64,000 bases of DNA from Vairimorpha necatrix. Taxonomy: Eukaryota. This document shows positions 60,321-64,000 of the stretch, in pieces. The stretch's first letter is position 1, and every line of letters starts with the position of its first letter. The notes under the pieces are model-generated. The model was not told the origin of the DNA. It searched no databases and saw only the letters and a program-made list of their open reading frames with translations. Where the stretch lies: positions 1,054,001 through 1,118,000 of the forward strand of contig CP142730.1 in NCBI GenBank assembly GCA_036630325.1. The letters run 5' to 3'. A program made the position numbers and the translations under genes.

Positions 60321-61253
60321 ATGAAGTTATTTAAATGTTCTTTCCTTTCAAGTTACATTATTTTTTGTATAACAAATACGGATGATAATGTTTCCAAGCT
60401 TTTACACTCTATGGTTAATAGTAATCTAACTAGGAATCAAACTTGTGATTCTTTAAATAATAACGTTGGTGGTAGTGGTCAATCAGTTGAGACTATTAAA
60501 GCTTTTAGTAAACTGTTCTGGGAAACAATAATAAATCATGATATTTTTAAAAGATTGACAAAAAATAATACCGCAACTTCTTTTTTTGTTGATATACGTG
60601 CATTATTGCAAGACAGATATTTAGAATTAGTTAAACAAGCATTTAAATTAACGAAATGGGATCCCGACTTATTATTATATTTTCCATCGTCTGAAAAAAT
60701 TTTCACATATGATCTAGTGGGCGGCACATTGGATTATTATAACATGTTACGTTTATGTTATAAAGATACAATTAATAATTCGAACTCGACTCAAGAAGCT
60801 ATAAAACAGATATTTATTGAAAACACATGTTTTATACCAAAAGGCTTAAGTGATATCATTCCTTCAACTGTTTTTAAGATGTGTAAAGGTCTACGTCCGT
60901 ATTACGACGAGTGTTATGGAAATAGAAGTACACTCCTTTTCTTGGAGGATGTGAAAAAAAATCAAGAAAAATTATCAACTGCAGAGTGCATGACTAACTT
61001 ATATGATTTCAAAAATATAACTACTGCGATCAATAATACAACTGAAAATATAAGGTTTGAATATCTAAATATGTCAGAAGATCAAAGTACAAATTTTTAT
61101 GGTTGGTTTGGATCTATCTTTGGAGTTGGTATAATAATATTCTGTCTAGTATTTATTTTATCTGGATATTTATATTATAAAAAAAATAATGAAAAAAGAT
61201 CTGCAGCTTTTAAAACCTATAAATTAGTTGAAATGGAAAAAAATAAAGCTTAA
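60321..61253 (+). CDS. Six-cysteine type I membrane protein family member (310 aa)
   Basis: Close paralog of 57496-58428. Confidence 0.92.
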   Translation: MKLFKCSFLSSYIIFCITNTDDNVSKLLHSMVNSNLTRNQTCDSLNNNVGGSGQSVETIKAFSKLFWETIINHDIFKRLTKNNTATSFFVDIRALLQDRYLELVKQAFKLTKWDPDLLLYFPSSEKIFTYDLVGGTLDYYNMLRLCYKDTINNSNSTQEAIKQIFIENTCFIPKGLSDIIPSTVFKMCKGLRPYYDECYGNRSTLLFLEDVKKNQEKLSTAECMTNLYDFKNITTAINNTTENIRFEYLNMSEDQSTNFYGWFGSIFGVGIIIFCLVFILSGYLYYKKNNEKRSAAFKTYKLVEMEKNKA

Positions 61254-61778
61254 AAGGTTTTTTATATTTTAAAATTTTCTTTCCATTTAATGTGTTTTTT
61301 ATAAATATACAATGTACATATATATCATTTTTTTAGTATAATGCAAATTACAATAAAATTTAAGGCTCATTTTTTTAAGATATAAATCTCCTGTGATATC
61401 GTTAAGTGTTATATTGTGTTTCAAAAGTTTCGAATTTCATTAAAAATACTATAGTTACAAGCATAATTTTTAAAAATAGGAAGTTTATTAGTTTTGTTGC
61501 ATCTAAAATATTTCTAAAAGATTTATAATAGTTCTAATGCAATTGTAAATAAATATTTAAATACAAACGCTACATACTAATTATTCTTTTTACATTATAG
61601 ACTATAATTTAAATGAATTTGTATAATTTTGTTCATTTCCTCGTAAGAATAAATCCATAATTTCAGTTTTTTTTATATACAGTTCATATACTTATTTTCT
61701 TTTATATTTTACAAAAAAAAATTATTTAACAAATTATGACATCTATTCGTCAGATCACCTCAGTTAATAAAAATTTTG

Positions 61779-62486
61779 GGTACATGGCCGTTTGGAACCC
61801 GCTTTGGGAAAATGAACCCGCATTGAAATTTTAAAGGACCCCCCTTTAAAAAAATGGCAAAATTGGCAAAAACAATGTTTGTTGAGGCAGATGAGGTTTT
61901 TAGTGATGTAATGTATTTATACGTGGAATATAAAGAAAAGTTTATTTTGGAAACATTTGATGCTGAATCAGTGCGCCTTGCTCGTTTCTGTAACTAGTAG
62001 AATACTGCTTTTTCCTTGAGGTGATACAAGAAAATGTATAACCTGTTTCTATATGATCTCTAATCAATGGGTAGCATGTGATGTCACATTAGCTAAGCAA
62101 AGGGATGGAGCACAGTATTAAGAATCACTCCATAAATGCCGTAACCTCTAGCGATTCTGAGTCACAATATTATATAATTTAGTTGGTTTCGGCTCATTCC
62201 TATAAGAGATATTTGATCTTAACATAAACAAAGAAGAACACTATGAGTACCTTTTACAGTTTCACTAGGCTTTTCAAATTCCCAAAAATTAACGGATAAA
62301 TTGTCTTCTGTCATTATTAATAATAAATCATCAAGTCCTTTTTTTATAACTTTTTTTTATTTTTCCCTTTTTTTGAATTTTTCAAAGCGAGTTTATTTTC
62401 CCAAAGCGGGTTCATTTTCCCAAAGCGGGTTCATTTTCCCAATGCGGGTTCATTTTCCCAAAGCGGGTTCCAAACGGTCATGTACC
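61779..62486 (+). mobile_element. Non-autonomous TIR element (708 bp, 8-bp TSD AAATTTTG), Mutator-like or Merlin-like
   Basis: 47-bp TIR GGTACATG(G/A)CCGTTTGGAACCCGCTTTGGGAAAATGAACCCGCATTG. 19-bp unit AAAGCGGGTTCATTTTCCC x~5 at the right end. TSD at 61771-61778 and 62487-62494. Confidence 0.9.
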
Positions 62487-63579
62487 AAATTTTGTAATTT
62501 TTCATATTAATTACTCTTAAATGTAATTCACATATAGTTCTAAAAAATGATTTAAAATTTTTGAAGTATACGGGTACATTACTAGACTAGCTTTAATTAT
62601 AGTTGCATGTTTGTTAATATTTTACTATACTACAAATTTTATTTAAATACATCATTCGGCTTCTTGAATTGTCGTCGTGTATAAACATTCATTCAGCATA
62701 ATTAGTACGCAACATCTATTTTTATTGATATGTTAGCGCGATTTTATGCTTATTGAATATAAATATATAATCACGCATTTTTATATTAGGATTTATATAT
62801 GTTCGATTTATAAATGAGCATATTTATATAGAATTACAATATCAATTATTTAAATTAATATTTTTATGATAATGGTATTTCGGTGTACAATCTTTTCAAT
62901 GCTTTTATTTTTTCTGCTTCCGTTTAATTACACCAACTATTATTGTAATATATTATATATTGTGATAAAAATGCTGACTTCGACAATAAAACATTTCCTT
63001 GTGACAAAATATATTTAATACATATAATCAAAGAATAAATTAATTATTTATATAAACCAAAGGAGCTTTGCGGAATGAACATAAAAATTATACCATGTGT
63101 TTGCTCTAAAAAATAAAGATTTGTTCAGCTAATTTTTATTCTCTGTACCCAATAAATTATGAATTAAAGTAAATACGTACTATAATATGAGATTTAAAAA
63201 CTTGTTCCAATTCAATTAAATAAAAAATATCAATTTGTTTTATTTTAAAATTCATCGAAATCATAAGCACAATTAAAAAAAAAAACAAAATGAAATTAGT
63301 AATTATTTGATTTTTTTCTTCATTATTACAATAAAAAAATTCCAGTCAGCGGTGACGTGTGTTGACAATTTACAAAAATCAATTTATCACAAAAAAATGT
63401 TCTTATTTTAAGATATATCATTAAATTTGCCCAAAATAATGGTTTGATAAAAAATTATTTTTTTCTAAACACTTTACGAGAGTTGTTTGGATTAAAAATT
63501 AACATAAAAAAGTTTTACAACAATGTAAAAAATGTTTTCTGATAAATTATATATAATAATAAAATTTTAGTACCCATAT

Positions 63580-64000
63580 ATGAAATTCGAGCAATGTTTT
63601 TCTGGGTTATTTTACTTATTTCTTGGTGTAAAAAATGCGAGTGATAGTATGTCCGATATTTTACATGACATGATTAATAGTAATTTGACAAAAGATCAAC
63701 TTTGTGATTCTTTAGATAATAAAGTTGGAGGAAATGGATTGTCATTATTAACTGTTCGAATATATAGTGAATTATTTTGGGAAACGATAACAAATCACAA
63801 AATTTTTAAGGATATGGTACAAAATGATGTCTCAATATATAGCTTTGTAAATCTACGCTATTTGTTAAAAGATGGATATGTAGAATTAATTAGACAGTTA
63901 TTTAGAATAATAAAATGGGATCCTTATTCATTAGACTTTCTTTCAATGTCAGAAAAAAAATTTATTTATGAACTAGTTGAGGGCACCTTGCATTATTATA
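63580..64000 (+). CDS. Six-cysteine family member, partial (runs off the window; absent from the ORF track)
   Basis: ACCC then ATG; MKFEQCFSGLFYLFLG...LHDMINSNLTKDQLCDSL...FWETITNHKIF...WDP...ELVEGTLHYY, open to the window end. Confidence 0.9.
   Translation, partial: MKFEQCFSGLFYLFLGVKNASDSMSDILHDMINSNLTKDQLCDSLDNKVGGNGLSLLTVRIYSELFWETITNHKIFKDMVQNDVSIYSFVNLRYLLKDGYVELIRQLFRIIKWDPYSLDFLSMSEKKFIYELVEGTLHYY

Noticed and set aside
1-64000. tRNA, rRNA or spliceosomal introns
   Set aside because: None recognisable by eye; a tRNAscan-SE or Infernal run is needed to exclude them.

Overview
This is a very AT-rich eukaryotic window with compact, intronless genes. A CCC/ACCC motif sits just upstream of almost every start codon, which together with the reduced housekeeping genes points to a microsporidian, probably Nosema/Vairimorpha-like (inference). 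There are three zones. (1) 1-23.4 kb is a transposon-riddled segmental duplication. It carries two paralogous genes for an unknown ~350-aa protein, two Tc1/IS630 (DD34E) elements, a Merlin element, RLE-type non-LTR remnants and a three-level nested insertion. (2) 23.6-33.5 kb is a dense core block: MOT1, a CDC20/CDH1-family gene, RPB10, PIN1/ESS1, MCM5 and TFA2. (3) 34-64 kb is a gene-sparse, divergently oriented cluster of at least 7 paralogous ~300-325-aa signal-peptide plus TM proteins, with a pseudogene and more transposon debris. The most unusual item is a Ty3/gypsy retrotransposon present twice (638-3711 + and 45184-48258 -). It is only ~3.07 kb, has 38-bp LTRs with perfect 5-bp TSDs and no recognisable aspartic protease. 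Its single ORF starts inside the 5' LTR and, in the intact copy, stops inside the 3' LTR, so the PBS, PPT and part of each LTR are coding sequence. All assignments come from motif recognition and manual alignment; no database searches were run.
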